Origin: Methanothermobacter marburgensis str. Marburg
Lineage (GTDB): Archaea > Methanobacteriota > Methanobacteria > Methanobacteriales > Methanothermobacteraceae
Reading direction: 5' to 3'
Length of the DNA stretch: 32,000 nt
Assembly (NCBI RefSeq): GCF_000145295.1
Contig: NC_014408.1
Span: 1,380,001 to 1,412,000, forward strand
The translations under genes were made by a program, and so were the position numbers. Positions 8,404-18,030 of this stretch are shown one piece after another (position 1 is the first letter of the stretch; each line of letters starts with the position of its first letter). The notes under the pieces are model-generated. The model was not told where the DNA came from and searched no databases. It saw only the letters and a program-made list of their open reading frames with translations.

Positions 8404-9713
8404 ACCCTCCTGGGGTATCTGGGCTCCCTGAACTCTATCATGAATGATGTGCCCCCGGCCGACTCAAAGGTGAGTGTACCGTCAAGCTGCCTCACAAGGC
8501 CCCCAACAAGATCCAGACCAAGACCCGCGTTTTCCTTAAGGCTGAAGCCCTCTGGAAGGCCCCTCCCATTATCACTGACCCTGAGAAGGAAGGCATTACC
8601 GGTATCCTCGAGGGATACCCTGATGGTTCCGCCATCATCGAATGCATGCCTCAGGCTGTTTGATACAAGTTCATTTAGAATGAGTCCCAGCGGGACTGCC
8701 GTTTCAATGTCGAATTTCACATCAACAATGTCCACCTCAATCTGGACACCGGAACTGTGCATGTCGCGCAGGTAGGATAGGAGCCTTTCTGTGTAGGATG
8801 CAAAGTCTACTGTGCTGGCCTCTGGATTGGAGAGAAGGAGCTCATGGACCAGGGCCATCGCCCTTATCCGAAGCTGCAGAGCCCTCATGAGTTCACAGAA
8901 ATCCTGATCCATTCCCCGTGCCTGGAGGTTTATGAGGCTTGAGATGATCTGAAGGTTATTCTTGACACGGTGGTGGAGTTCTGATAGGAGTGTCCTGTTG
9001 GCCTCGAGGGACCTTCTTGCTGTCTCCTCTGACCTCTTTATATCGGTGATATCCTCAAAGATTCCCAGGAAATACCCATCAATCCTTCTTATGAGTACCC
9101 GTATCCATCCACCCCCCTGCCTTATCATGAACTCCTGACTTTTTCTGAAAGCTGCAAGGTCCTTGTGGAGTTCACCTATAAATCTGTTGTCTGCCGGTTG
9201 CCTGAAAATCTCCAGGATGGTGGGATTCGACTCCAGTATCTTCCCATCGGCATCCATGAGGACCACCCCAACCGGGAGTTCCATGAACAGTGACCTGAAC
9301 TTCCTTTCACTGATCCTCAGTGACTTCTCCTTATCACTCAGTGATCGCAGGTAGAGGCGCAGAACCGCAAAAAGAAAAAGTGATGTCAGTAGTATGAAGA
9401 GGGATCCCTTGATGATTGAGAGCTGGACAAGCAGAGGGGGCTTTGCTATGAGATAGAGGATGTGGTCTGATGAGAGTATCCATAGAAGGCTGAAGATTGC
9501 ATAATAGAGTGCTATCCTGAGCGCATCTCTCTCGGGATCCATATATACTGTTATCTTCAGGGGTCCTAATAATTTTTGGGAAAAGGTGAGTTCTGATACC
9601 GGAACATCAGTGAAATGGGGTAGAAGAAGCAATCCAGTCGGGAATAGAAGAAGCAACCCAGTCAAATCCAGAATCCCAGGTGCCCTGAAAGGATAGTTAA
9701 GGGAAACAACCAT
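8400..9713 (-). CDS. Membrane-bound PAS sensor histidine kinase (HisKA_2-type H-box)
   Basis: Contains the H-box ELHHRVKNNLQIISSLINLQ and the HATPase N/G boxes (LNELVSNSLRHAF, DNGRGLP, GLGLDL). A PAS-like segment (FRSLFMELPVGVVLMDADGKILESN) follows the hydrophobic helices. The start is uncertain: ATG 9713 gives 437 aa and ATG 9542 (MDPERDALRIALYY...) gives 380 aa. Neither has a clear SD. Confidence 0.8.
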   Translation of the reverse strand: MVVSLNYPFRAPGILDLTGLLLLFPTGLLLLPHFTDVPVSELTFSQKLLGPLKITVYMDPERDALRIALYYAIFSLLWILSSDHILYLIAKPPLLVQLSIIKGSLFILLTSLFLFAVLRLYLRSLSDKEKSLRISERKFRSLFMELPVGVVLMDADGKILESNPTILEIFRQPADNRFIGELHKDLAAFRKSQEFMIRQGGGWIRVLIRRIDGYFLGIFEDITDIKRSEETARRSLEANRTLLSELHHRVKNNLQIISSLINLQARGMDQDFCELMRALQLRIRAMALVHELLLSNPEASTVDFASYTERLLSYLRDMHSSGVQIEVDIVDVKFDIETAVPLGLILNELVSNSLRHAFDDGGTIRVSLEDTGNAFLLRVSDNGRGLPEGFSLKENAGLGLDLVGGLVRQLDGTLTFESAGGTSFMIEFREPRYPRRV

Positions 9714-9730
9714 GGTGGATTCTGAGGAGG

Positions 9731-10462
9731 TTATTCCTCTGAATCCTCCGCAGTCTCTTCCTCCCTCTTCTCAAATACATCAGAAAATTCAACCTTACTG
9801 ACACCCTCAATGTTCTCCCAGATGTCCTTAGCTATCCTGAACCTTGTGAGGGTAACATCCATGTAGGGCCTGTTATCAAATCGGGTCATCTCATCCATGC
9901 AGATCCTCACACGTCCATCATCTATTTCAACCTCTGTCTTGTCGATGTCCATGTTCTGGGAGGGGTAGTGGAGCTGGATCATGCTCTTTACCTTTTCAAC
10001 ATCATCTTTGATTATCTCCTTAACCTTCAGATCGTATTCGAGGGTTTTGCCTGCAAGTTCATGGTTGAAGTCCACCCTCACGCGTCCACCTGAGACGTTA
10101 AGGACCCTGCCCTCATGTCCCTCAACGGTCAGTGGCATCCCCGGGTAGGGCTTTATTCCCTGCCTCTTGAATTCGCCCATGGGTATGAGCTGGACAAGTT
10201 TAGGGTCCCTGTTACCGAATGCGTCCTCCGGTTCAATCTCAACGTGTTTTTCCTCGCCTTCCTCCATTCCAATAACGGCCTCGTCAAGACCCTTTATGAG
10301 GTGTCCACCTCCAACAACGACTGGTATGGGGCCAAAGGTCTTCTTTATCTGAAGTCCGGCCTCCTTAGCCACTTCCTCGTCTGTTGTGTCAAAGACCTCA
10401 CCGGTCTCCTTGACCTTGCCTGTGAATTCAATTTTTATAAAGTCTCCTTTATTCACTGCCAT
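9731..10462 (-). CDS. Long-type archaeal FKBP peptidyl-prolyl cis-trans isomerase/chaperone (~28 kDa)
   Basis: 243 aa. It has an FKBP core with an insert-in-flap ([21 protein letters not shown]...[20 protein letters not shown]...[18 protein letters not shown]), a C-terminal domain and an acidic tail. Confidence 0.85.
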   Translation of the reverse strand: MAVNKGDFIKIEFTGKVKETGEVFDTTDEEVAKEAGLQIKKTFGPIPVVVGGGHLIKGLDEAVIGMEEGEEKHVEIEPEDAFGNRDPKLVQLIPMGEFKRQGIKPYPGMPLTVEGHEGRVLNVSGGRVRVDFNHELAGKTLEYDLKVKEIIKDDVEKVKSMIQLHYPSQNMDIDKTEVEIDDGRVRICMDEMTRFDNRPYMDVTLTRFRIAKDIWENIEGVSKVEFSDVFEKREEETAEDSEE

Positions 10463-11550
10463 ATCTCTAGCCTCCTGTGTGGTATTCTATCCTTAAATTC
10501 TTCAAGGATCTCTTTATCCTTAAATGCAAGAATTCGAATTACAGATGGATAATTTTCTATATATTTATGGACCAGTCCCTTATGAACCTTTGCCTCAAGA
10601 ACCGAGATTATGCGCTGCCTGTGGTGTCTGCTGAATGATGGGGGTATGGCCTCCTCGACCTCAGCAAGTGAACGGTATGGTCTTTTCCTTACGATTGCAG
10701 ATGCTGTTAAATCATCCAAGAGGTTGAGAACCTTAAGTTCATCAATTTCAAGGCTGTTTGCGTTTCTGAGTATCCCTGTCGAGAGCCTCAGATCATGCAG
10801 GGGTGCCCTTCCCTCCGAGATTTCCCTTTCAAGGACCTCAACCGTCTCAGGGGGAAGCATATGTGTGACTTCACCAATTTCGCCCCTGGATACTGCATCC
10901 CGTATTCTGGTTCCGCTCACACCCTCAAGTCTCCTTATGAACATGAACCTGTTTCTGAAGTTGAATCCAATCCTCCCGAGGGCCCCCGCAAGGGATGCTA
11001 TGACATAGTTGTCCTCCTCAAGTTTACCCTCAAGTACGGTCTCAGAGGTGTCAAGGTCCACTATCCTGTAGGGCCTTGGCACAACCCTGTGGCCCCTTCT
11101 GATCCTTTCAAGGACCTCATCAAATCCATCAACCGGCCTGTAGCCGCGGGGTATCCAGTCAGTATCGAGGGCCCTGAACATCCTCGCAAGGCAGAGGGAG
11201 TACTGACCTGAACCCATAACACCCATTGGGGGGCCCTCCACCACTATATCAGCCCCCGCCCTGATGGCTATCTCTGCCCTTGCCTGGCGGGTCATTATGT
11301 AGGGTACGCCCCTTCCACTCCTCTCAAGGGGCCCCGGTATGATAGCCACAAAGAGGGCGTCTGGTCTGAGCTTCCTGGCCTCCATCATGCAGTGCCTGTG
11401 GCCCCTGTGAAAGGGGGAGTACTCTGTGAAGTCTGCCATGATGCCGGGTTCAGATGCATGGTCACCGTATTCCGGTTTATTAATAGCATCCGCCCTGATG
11501 AGTTCAAGGTCCCTCTCAATTACACTCCCTAGAAATTTCTCTGAAGGCAT
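10453..11550 (-). CDS. HxGH-motif nucleotidyltransferase resembling bacterial TmcAL (UPF0348 family)
   Basis: 365 aa. [10 protein letters not shown] corresponds to EYNPFHNGH of B. subtilis TmcAL as I recall it. The next ~90 aa are collinear ([11 protein letters not shown]... versus NGADLVIELPY...), and an ISxTxIR-like VSGTRIRDA is present. It overlaps the FKBP gene by 10 nt. Confidence 0.6.
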   Translation of the reverse strand: MPSEKFLGSVIERDLELIRADAINKPEYGDHASEPGIMADFTEYSPFHRGHRHCMMEARKLRPDALFVAIIPGPLERSGRGVPYIMTRQARAEIAIRAGADIVVEGPPMGVMGSGQYSLCLARMFRALDTDWIPRGYRPVDGFDEVLERIRRGHRVVPRPYRIVDLDTSETVLEGKLEEDNYVIASLAGALGRIGFNFRNRFMFIRRLEGVSGTRIRDAVSRGEIGEVTHMLPPETVEVLEREISEGRAPLHDLRLSTGILRNANSLEIDELKVLNLLDDLTASAIVRKRPYRSLAEVEEAIPPSFSRHHRQRIISVLEAKVHKGLVHKYIENYPSVIRILAFKDKEILEEFKDRIPHRRLEIWQ

Positions 11551-11597
11551 GTTAATTAATATAAAGCCGGGGGTAAATAATTTAAGTGGATGATAGC

Positions 11598-12887
11598 ATG
11601 CCAGTTGACCTCTTCATTGAGAACTGCAGAACCGAGAGGGGAACCTTCAATATAGGTGTTGATGATGGTAAGATAGTGAAGATAACCCGTGGGAGAATTG
11701 ATGCATCTGAGAGGATTGACCTTAGGGGTTATCATGTGCTCCCTGGGCTCATAGATGCCCATGTGCACTTCAGGGACCCTGGGCTGGAGTACAAGGAGGA
11801 CTTCAGGACAGGTTCAATGGCCGCAGCTCATGGAGGCTTCTCAACAGTTATCGACATGCCCAATACACTTCCACCCACCGACACAGCATCTGAGTTCAAG
11901 AGGAAAATACAGATAGGTGAGCGTAAGAGCATAGTTGACTTTGGCCTGCATGCGGGTTACTCTGACCCATCAGAGGTTGAGGGAATACTCAGATTGGATC
12001 CGGCCTCATTCAAGGTATTCATGGATTCCCTTACCCTGGATAAGGTTGATGTTCTTTTCAGGAGACTCAGGGATCTTGGATCAATGGTGCCAATCACCCT
12101 GCACTGTGAAAACCGTGAAATAATAATGCATTACTGTGAAAATATTGGGGGTGTGGAGGACCCCTACGCCTACTCCATGGCAAGGCCACCCCTCGCAGAG
12201 GAGGTCTCGATTGCAGAGGCCACAGCACTCGCATATCATTACAGACACCCGGTCCACATATGTCACCTCAGCACCGGGAGGGCCCTTCGGCTTATTGAAC
12301 CCTTCAGGGAGTATGTGACCTGTGAGGTTACACCACATCACCTTCTCCTGGACTCAGGGTATCTGAGGAGGTTCGGTAATCTTGCAAAGACTAATCCCCC
12401 ACTGAGGTCAGCTGGAAGCGGATTATCCGTCGGGGATCTTCCTGATATAGATATAATTGGAACCGACCATGCGCCCCATACACTTCCTGAAAAGAAGAGA
12501 GGTGTCTGGGAGGCACCGCCCGGTATACCCAACCTTGAGGTCGTGCTAAGAGTGCTTCTCACTCTGGTTTCAGAGGGCAGGATGAACATTTCAACCATAA
12601 GGAGAATGCTGGCTGAGGGGCCTGCGAGGATCTTCGGACTGGGTTCCAAGGGATTCATAAGGGAGGGGATGGATGCTGATTTTACTGTTGTTGACCTTAG
12701 GAGGGAGGGAGAGATACGCGCCGATGAATTCTACAGCAGGGCCCATTACACGCCATTTGAGGGTTTCAGGTACAGGGGGGATGCTGTGATGACAATTGTC
12801 CGTGGGGCGGTTGTTATGGATGATGGTGAGGTCCTTGAAGGGAGGGGGAGGTATATAGCATGTCACAACCAGAAAGAACATGATTAA
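11598..12887 (+). CDS. pyrC: Dihydroorotase
   Basis: 429 aa from ATG 11598; GTG 11586 is an alternative start. It has the amidohydrolase metal motifs [10 protein letters not shown] and GTDHAPH. Confidence 0.9.
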   Translation: MPVDLFIENCRTERGTFNIGVDDGKIVKITRGRIDASERIDLRGYHVLPGLIDAHVHFRDPGLEYKEDFRTGSMAAAHGGFSTVIDMPNTLPPTDTASEFKRKIQIGERKSIVDFGLHAGYSDPSEVEGILRLDPASFKVFMDSLTLDKVDVLFRRLRDLGSMVPITLHCENREIIMHYCENIGGVEDPYAYSMARPPLAEEVSIAEATALAYHYRHPVHICHLSTGRALRLIEPFREYVTCEVTPHHLLLDSGYLRRFGNLAKTNPPLRSAGSGLSVGDLPDIDIIGTDHAPHTLPEKKRGVWEAPPGIPNLEVVLRVLLTLVSEGRMNISTIRRMLAEGPARIFGLGSKGFIREGMDADFTVVDLRREGEIRADEFYSRAHYTPFEGFRYRGDAVMTIVRGAVVMDDGEVLEGRGRYIACHNQKEHD

Positions 12888-12898
12888 TAATGAAAAAA

Positions 12899-12906
12899 TT
12901 TATATT
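12899..12906 (+). promoter_or_regulatory. TATA box (TTTATATT, preceded by an A-rich BRE-like run) for the CooT-like gene
   Basis: gaAAAAAATTTATATTgg lies ~47 bp upstream of ATG 12953. GGAGG at 12941-12945 lies between the predicted transcription start and the ATG. Confidence 0.5.
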
Positions 12907-12952
12907 GGAAAATCAATATACTCCCAAACTCAATACCAATGGAGGCCATGAT

Positions 12953-13135
12953 ATGTGTGAATCAAACCTATACTCTGAGGATGGAGACCTCCTAATGGAG
13001 GATGTTATACTCATCGAGGTCCTTGAAGATGGAATTAAAGCAACCGATGTCCTCAACTCAACGAAGAAGTTTGAAGGAAAACTCACAAGGCTGGACCTCG
13101 ATAAACACAGAATTTACATAAAGCAGAAAAAATAA
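12953..13135 (+). CDS. CooT-family small putative nickel-binding protein
   Basis: 60 aa from ATG 12953, with GGAGG 7 nt upstream. MCESNLYSEDGDLLMEDVILIEVLEDGIKATDVLNSTKKFEGKLTRLDLDKHRIYI fits the CooT family pattern (Met-Cys N-terminus, LMEDV, ...IDL..H.I). The ORF-track ATG at 12890 lies upstream of the TATA box. Confidence 0.65.
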   Translation: MCESNLYSEDGDLLMEDVILIEVLEDGIKATDVLNSTKKFEGKLTRLDLDKHRIYIKQKK

Positions 13136-13249
13136 CCTTTTTCTTAAATATATATTATTCAATAGATCCACCCAACCAGGTCAGTTAAACCACAGGAACA
13201 GGGAATTAGTTTTTGAAAAATTTCTAAATACAGAATTCTCTATCAGTAA

Positions 13250-13304
13250 CTTCTGAAACCTGTTTTTAAAAATAAAAGGTTTTATGCTGGAATTATTTTC
13301 CAGC
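13250..13304 (-). terminator. Putative mrt operon terminator: hairpin spanning the mrtA stop, then T-rich tract
   Basis: A perfect 7-bp stem GCTGGAA/TTCCAGC (13286-13292 / 13298-13304) has a 5-nt loop containing the stop codon. On the minus strand it is followed by ATAAAACCTTTTATTTTTAAAAACAGGTTT. Confidence 0.5.
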
Positions 13305-14954
13305 TGGTATGATGAGGTCCCTTTCACCCTCTGGCATGAACTCCCTGAGGGCACCTGCTGCGATTGACTTCCTTGGTGATGTGAAGTCAAAGGCGAGGTC
13401 CTTATCTGCAAATGCAACCTTTATAAGTGGGTTTGTACAGAAGGCGTCTCCCCTTGCAGCGTGAGGTGCCTGGGCTATACCAGCGTACTCTGGCTGGTGA
13501 CCCACGTTCATTGCGTAGTTCGGATAGTTAGGTCCACGGAGTTCGTGTATGAGTCCCTCGTCGCTCCTGATTGAGAGTGAATTGGATGCGCCGCACTGGT
13601 CCTGCAGGTCGTATCCGTAGAATCCGAGCCTGCTGTGGGCCTCCTTGTGGAGTATCTGGCTGAGGTACCATCCGTTGATACCTGCGTTTGAGTTTCCGGT
13701 TGCAAAGGCTGTTGAACATCCTGCTGCTGCGGCTGCAACAGCTGCCCTCTGTGATCCTCCGAAGTGGTCCTCCAGGAGGGTTGGGTATTCCTCGTACTGT
13801 TCGAGGCTGTAGAGTGTGACCTCTGTTGAGATGTCCCTGACGACATCCATTGTTGGTTTAGTTCCGCAGATGCCGTACTTGTCATCCACGTACTCCATAC
13901 CGTAGTAGACGAAGTCGTCAAGGATGTCGTCGGTGTAGGCTGCTGTTGCGTACTGGGTGAATCCGACACCACCTGACATGTAGGATCCGAGCCAGACCTG
14001 GTCGTAGAGTGCTGCTGCACCTGCTATGACCTCAAGTGAAACGTTTGCAGGGTCATCTGAAACCCTTGAGGTCTGGACTATGTCTGCGAATGTTCCGAAG
14101 GCAACTCCACCTGGCTCGTTTGGTCCCCTTGCCCTCCTTGCAGGCATTATTGTACCCATCTCGATAACGTCTGCGTGTTTTGCGGCGTATGAGAAGTCAG
14201 CGATCGCAGCTTCACCTGCACAGAGTTTGTAGGCGGATATGAAACTCATACCGATCTGCATTGCAGACCATCTTGAGACTGTACCGCCGTCACAGGTCCT
14301 CACGACTATTGTTGGGACCCTGTTAACCTGGTATGTCCTGTTTCCAATGTAGCTTTTGAGCTGCTCGGCCTGCTCTTCAGGGAACTCCTTGTTTATGTCT
14401 ATGAGTATCCTCTTGTCCAGTTCATCTGCCAGGTTGTCGTCTCCTGTGAAGATCTTGGCGTAGCAGTCCTCCACGAGTCCCGGGTGGACCTCCACCATGT
14501 GCTCCTGGACCACGGCACCGCCTGGGAGTGCGTGGTTGATTGCCTCCATGTACTCGTTGATTGTCTCAGGGGTTACCTCCACACCCAGCCTCTTCTCAAG
14601 GACGGCGTGTGCGGTGTCCATACCCACTATAACTGTCCTTTTTATGTCGTCCACCATCTGCTGGATGGCTGCGTTGTTCACGAAGTGGAGGTCGTCACCT
14701 TCAACGTAGGCGTCTGTTCCTGAAACCCTGTATGCCATGAGTTTCCTCTGACCCAGTGGCACACCTATGTCAGGGTTGTAGAATGGTATTCCGCCCCTCT
14801 TCTCTGCTGCCTTCTTGGCGTACTCTGTGAATTCTTTTTTACGTGCGGACTGTTCCCATCCGCCGAAGCAGTAGAAGTTTGTATATTTTTCGTCAGGGTC
14901 TTCCCCCTCAAACTTCTTCTTTAAAGCCTTAAGGAATAGTTTCTTTTCATCCAT
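13293..14954 (-). CDS. mrtA: Methyl-coenzyme M reductase II, alpha subunit
   Basis: 553 aa with unmistakable McrA sequence ([49 protein letters not shown]). It is assigned to isoenzyme II because the operon is B-D-G-A without C, sits directly downstream of mvhB, and diverges from the MCR I alpha sequence I recall. Confidence 0.95.
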   Translation of the reverse strand: MDEKKLFLKALKKKFEGEDPDEKYTNFYCFGGWEQSARKKEFTEYAKKAAEKRGGIPFYNPDIGVPLGQRKLMAYRVSGTDAYVEGDDLHFVNNAAIQQMVDDIKRTVIVGMDTAHAVLEKRLGVEVTPETINEYMEAINHALPGGAVVQEHMVEVHPGLVEDCYAKIFTGDDNLADELDKRILIDINKEFPEEQAEQLKSYIGNRTYQVNRVPTIVVRTCDGGTVSRWSAMQIGMSFISAYKLCAGEAAIADFSYAAKHADVIEMGTIMPARRARGPNEPGGVAFGTFADIVQTSRVSDDPANVSLEVIAGAAALYDQVWLGSYMSGGVGFTQYATAAYTDDILDDFVYYGMEYVDDKYGICGTKPTMDVVRDISTEVTLYSLEQYEEYPTLLEDHFGGSQRAAVAAAAAGCSTAFATGNSNAGINGWYLSQILHKEAHSRLGFYGYDLQDQCGASNSLSIRSDEGLIHELRGPNYPNYAMNVGHQPEYAGIAQAPHAARGDAFCTNPLIKVAFADKDLAFDFTSPRKSIAAGALREFMPEGERDLIIPAGK

Positions 14955-15751
14955 TAATCATCACCTAGCCTTTTTCTTAGGTCATCCTTGAATACGTCCA
15001 TACCGAATCCGCCCAGGGTACGGCCGGTGTGTATGTTTTCAACAACCTCAATTGCCTCTTTATCATCCCTCATAGCGATGTTGTCCTTCCTGTAGATTGT
15101 GGTGATCTTCTTGAGTTCATCCTCACCGAGGGGCTGGCCCATGTCCACTGGCTCGTCAAGGGGCCTTCCTACCTGGTCCTTGACGTAGACCACATGGCCC
15201 TTCTCCTCATCGAAGACGTACCTCTGGAGGGCGTCGAACATTAGACCGTTTTCATCGAGCCTCAGGGAGTGTCCGTGAACTGTTGCACCCCTTATACCGG
15301 TTGTTGCAGGGTCAAAGAGCTCGGTTTCCACCAGTTCCTTTGAGACTCCCTCAAGGTCAAGTTCCCTCATCTCAATGACCTGCCTTCCTGAGAGCGTACC
15401 TGTGTCAACACCACGGTACCTCCACATGTAGGTCCTTGCCCTGTCATAGGGCTGGGCAGGTGCATTGTACATGGAGTCTGCAAACTGGATGTACCTGACC
15501 CTCACACCTTCCTTTGCACCCTGTATGGGTTCAACCATGTCCCTTACGATGTCCTCCTCGAAGTCCATCTCATCCAGTGGTGGGTGCACTGACTTGTAAC
15601 TTTCACCGGGGTTTCTGTGTCCCAGGACCTTGACCAGGTCCTCGTCTGATACTTCCCTTAATTTACGGAATTCGTAATCAGGGTCCATGTGTTTTCTTCT
15701 GTTTTCAGCTATCTGGGTTTCTCCAGGAGTGTACTGGGCTTTGTAAGACAT
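14954..15751 (-). CDS. mrtG: Methyl-coenzyme M reductase II, gamma subunit
   Basis: 265 aa of McrG-family sequence ([24 protein letters not shown]...). A TGAGGT SD lies upstream. Its stop overlaps the mrtA ATG by 1 nt (TAATG). Confidence 0.95.
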   Translation of the reverse strand: MSYKAQYTPGETQIAENRRKHMDPDYEFRKLREVSDEDLVKVLGHRNPGESYKSVHPPLDEMDFEEDIVRDMVEPIQGAKEGVRVRYIQFADSMYNAPAQPYDRARTYMWRYRGVDTGTLSGRQVIEMRELDLEGVSKELVETELFDPATTGIRGATVHGHSLRLDENGLMFDALQRYVFDEEKGHVVYVKDQVGRPLDEPVDMGQPLGEDELKKITTIYRKDNIAMRDDKEAIEVVENIHTGRTLGGFGMDVFKDDLRKRLGDD

Positions 15752-15766
15752 ATCATAACCTCACAA

Positions 15767-16252
15767 TCATTTTATGTTAATAACGGTGTCCTTCACCCTT
15801 GAACTTGGATCAGCCATACCTATTATCCTGGGGTCGATTTTGTCCTCAAAGTTGAGACCGTATTTGAGGTAATCGGATATGGTGATGTCCTTCTTTGTGA
15901 AGGCACCTATGAATAGCTTATAGGGACAGGGGAGCACTTCCCTCAGGATTTCATCGATTTTCTCCATGTTATCCTCCAGGGCCTCCGGGAGTATCCCGAC
16001 TATGAGCTCTCCGACCTTAACGCGGAGTTCAACCTCCTCTCCACGCACCCTTATTCTTCTCCGGTCACTGTGTTTAACCTCTGTGCCCCTTGCAGGTCCA
16101 TAGTAAACCCTGTCGGGTATCGACGGTCCATGAACCAGTACCCTGACTATACCCTCAAGGGCGTAGATGCTGTTCAGCAGTTTCTCAACGGTTTCCGGTT
16201 TCAGGAGCCTCTGGGGAAATATCTTCACATCGACGAATCCTGTTTCTGGCAT
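15767..16252 (-). CDS. mrtD: Methyl-coenzyme M reductase II operon protein D
   Basis: 161 aa, McrD family by size and position between the beta and gamma genes. A GGGGAG SD lies upstream. Confidence 0.9.
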   Translation of the reverse strand: MPETGFVDVKIFPQRLLKPETVEKLLNSIYALEGIVRVLVHGPSIPDRVYYGPARGTEVKHSDRRRIRVRGEEVELRVKVGELIVGILPEALEDNMEKIDEILREVLPCPYKLFIGAFTKKDITISDYLKYGLNFEDKIDPRIIGMADPSSRVKDTVINIK

Positions 16253-16271
16253 TTCAACTCCCCGTTTAAGC

Positions 16272-17603
16272 CTATAACTGGTCCTTTACCTCTGCAGCAC
16301 CTTTTGCAACGTTGACTATTGGTTCTCTGAAGTAGTCTATTTCGCTGTAAACTGATCCTATGAGTCCTGATGTCTTTTCAACTGAGAACATCTGTGTTCC
16401 TGCGTCAAGACACATGGCTGCAGCCACGCATGGGAGGGCGAATCCCTTACTGTGCCTTGTTACGACGTGGTTTCCGTGGAATATACCTGGACCTCCTCCA
16501 CCATAGATGGAGTGGCTGAAGAATGAGAATCCCACTGCTGTACCCATGGCCCTTCCGAAGTCCACGCCCGGGAGTCCTGTTTCGTATTCAAGGATGTCGT
16601 TGTAGTAGAGCACTGTTGATGCAACGCCCTGGGCTGCCCTTGCTGCTCCCACGTTGACTATTGTTGCTGCAAGGAGTCCTGTTGCTGCGTAGGCATTCCA
16701 TAGTGCCCAGTCGGCTGGTTCGTAGACCTTGTAGCCTGAGTTCATCTCCCTGGCCACTTTAACGACTCCGTCCTCAACTGCCCTTTCCACCAGTGAAGCT
16801 ATTACTGTACCTACTGTGCCCTTACCGTTCTCCTTAACCAGGTCAAAGAGAAGGTTGTTGGCGTTGAGTCCCTGGTATGCAAGTCCAAGGAGGTGCATCC
16901 TTTCGAATGCCCCGACAGCGTCACCTGTTTCGAACATTGCTGTCTGTTCGAGTATGGATGATAGTGCTGATGCGTTGAGTGTGTTCTTTCTTGTGATGGC
17001 AACGACGTGGTTTGCCATTATGTTCCTGAGACCGTATCCAAGTCCCTCAAGGAGCACAGGTGGTCCGAGGAGTGTTGAGAGGTTGGCTCCTGTGAAGTCC
17101 ACTGTCTGTGGGTATCTTCCCATTACAGCTGTTTTAACTGCATTTGCATCGAACATGTCCACGTCGAATTCGTCGATGATTGCCTGTACAACTGCTGCCC
17201 CTGTGACAAGTGCTGAGACGGTGTAGTCTGCTGCTACACCCATCCTTGTTGTTGGGACCTGTACCAGGATCTGCTGGCCGTTGTTTATGAGGCGTATGTT
17301 TGTGTCGTCGTCCTCTGAGGTCTGGACGAGTTTTTTGACCTTTTCAGCGATTGCCTCTGCGTTTTCAACGATTGGCAGTTCAACTTCCCTTCCCGGGATG
17401 AAGTTGGACTTTCCTCCAAGGGCTGCCTTCCTGAGGCTTCCCTCGATTCCGGCGAGGTTCACCGCAACTGACCTCTTCACGTCGCTTACCAGGTTTGCTA
17501 TTGTCGGGTTCTTAAGGGGGCTTATGGCTTCAAGAGGAACATCCTCCTCAAGGAGCTTACCATCTGCCCCATAGAGATCTATTCTGTCTTCATACATTGG
17601 CAT
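16272..17603 (-). CDS. mrtB: Methyl-coenzyme M reductase II, beta subunit
   Basis: 443 aa from ATG 17603 ([18 protein letters not shown]...), with GAGGTG ~9 nt upstream. The ORF-track start at 17612 is a GTG adding 3 aa. Confidence 0.95.
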   Translation of the reverse strand: MPMYEDRIDLYGADGKLLEEDVPLEAISPLKNPTIANLVSDVKRSVAVNLAGIEGSLRKAALGGKSNFIPGREVELPIVENAEAIAEKVKKLVQTSEDDDTNIRLINNGQQILVQVPTTRMGVAADYTVSALVTGAAVVQAIIDEFDVDMFDANAVKTAVMGRYPQTVDFTGANLSTLLGPPVLLEGLGYGLRNIMANHVVAITRKNTLNASALSSILEQTAMFETGDAVGAFERMHLLGLAYQGLNANNLLFDLVKENGKGTVGTVIASLVERAVEDGVVKVAREMNSGYKVYEPADWALWNAYAATGLLAATIVNVGAARAAQGVASTVLYYNDILEYETGLPGVDFGRAMGTAVGFSFFSHSIYGGGGPGIFHGNHVVTRHSKGFALPCVAAAMCLDAGTQMFSVEKTSGLIGSVYSEIDYFREPIVNVAKGAAEVKDQL

Positions 17604-17892
17604 GGTATTCACACCTCTTGGTTTTTATTTATTTATTAATAAAATTTATTAATTTATTATTGAATGTGAGGGGGTTATTGGTTTGGTTTATGGTCTTAAC
17701 AGTGTTCATCTCAGATTCGATGTCTCTAAATGTGCCTTCAGGTTATACCGAAGTTCATCCTCCAACCTCCAGAGCATAGCTCATTATAGAACAAGCCATA
17801 CTGCACATATCAGTATTAACCGGTATTAATCCAGATATAACCGCTTATGCTTCATTTTCTGGACATCTATGACTCTATTGAATAAGAAAGAA

Positions 17893-17910
17893 GGATAATA
17901 TAAATGTTTT
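17893..17910 (-). promoter_or_regulatory. Candidate BRE/TATA element (minus strand AAAACATTTATATTATCC) upstream of mrtB
   Basis: It closely matches the methanogen promoter consensus and is nearly identical to the flp promoter element (GGAAACATTTATATATGT). Using it implies a ~270-nt leader. An alternative AT-rich TATA-like block lies at 17621-17665, 20-60 nt upstream of the ATG. Confidence 0.35.
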
Positions 17911-18007
17911 CAAAAGGAAAAAAAGAAAAATTTTAAATATGAAAAAATGGGTTTCATAAAAATATTATTCTGGATAATAACATGTGGCATGTGAAGTCTG
18001 GAGTCAT

Positions 18008-18030
18008 CCTGAAAAACAAAAAAAGAAGTG
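18008..18030 (-). terminator. Oligo-T terminator candidate after mvhB
   Basis: The minus strand reads CTTCTTTTTTTGTTTTTC, starting 6 nt after the mvhB TAA. Confidence 0.5.

Noticed and set aside
12890-12952. Upstream ATG giving an 81-aa version of the CooT-like protein
   Set aside because: That ATG lies upstream of the TATA box at 12899-12906 and has no SD. The family-typical Met-Cys N-terminus and GGAGG fit ATG 12953.
15752-15766. Missing mcrC between D and G as a sign of deletion or pseudogenisation
   Set aside because: The spacer is only 15 nt with an intact SD. B-D-G-A without C is the known organisation of the isoenzyme II (mrt) operon.
17597-17779. 60-aa plus-strand ORF in the mvhB-mrtB spacer
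   Set aside because: It starts in a low-complexity AT-rich tract, has no SD or promoter, and runs antisense to the likely mrt leader. It is probably not coding.
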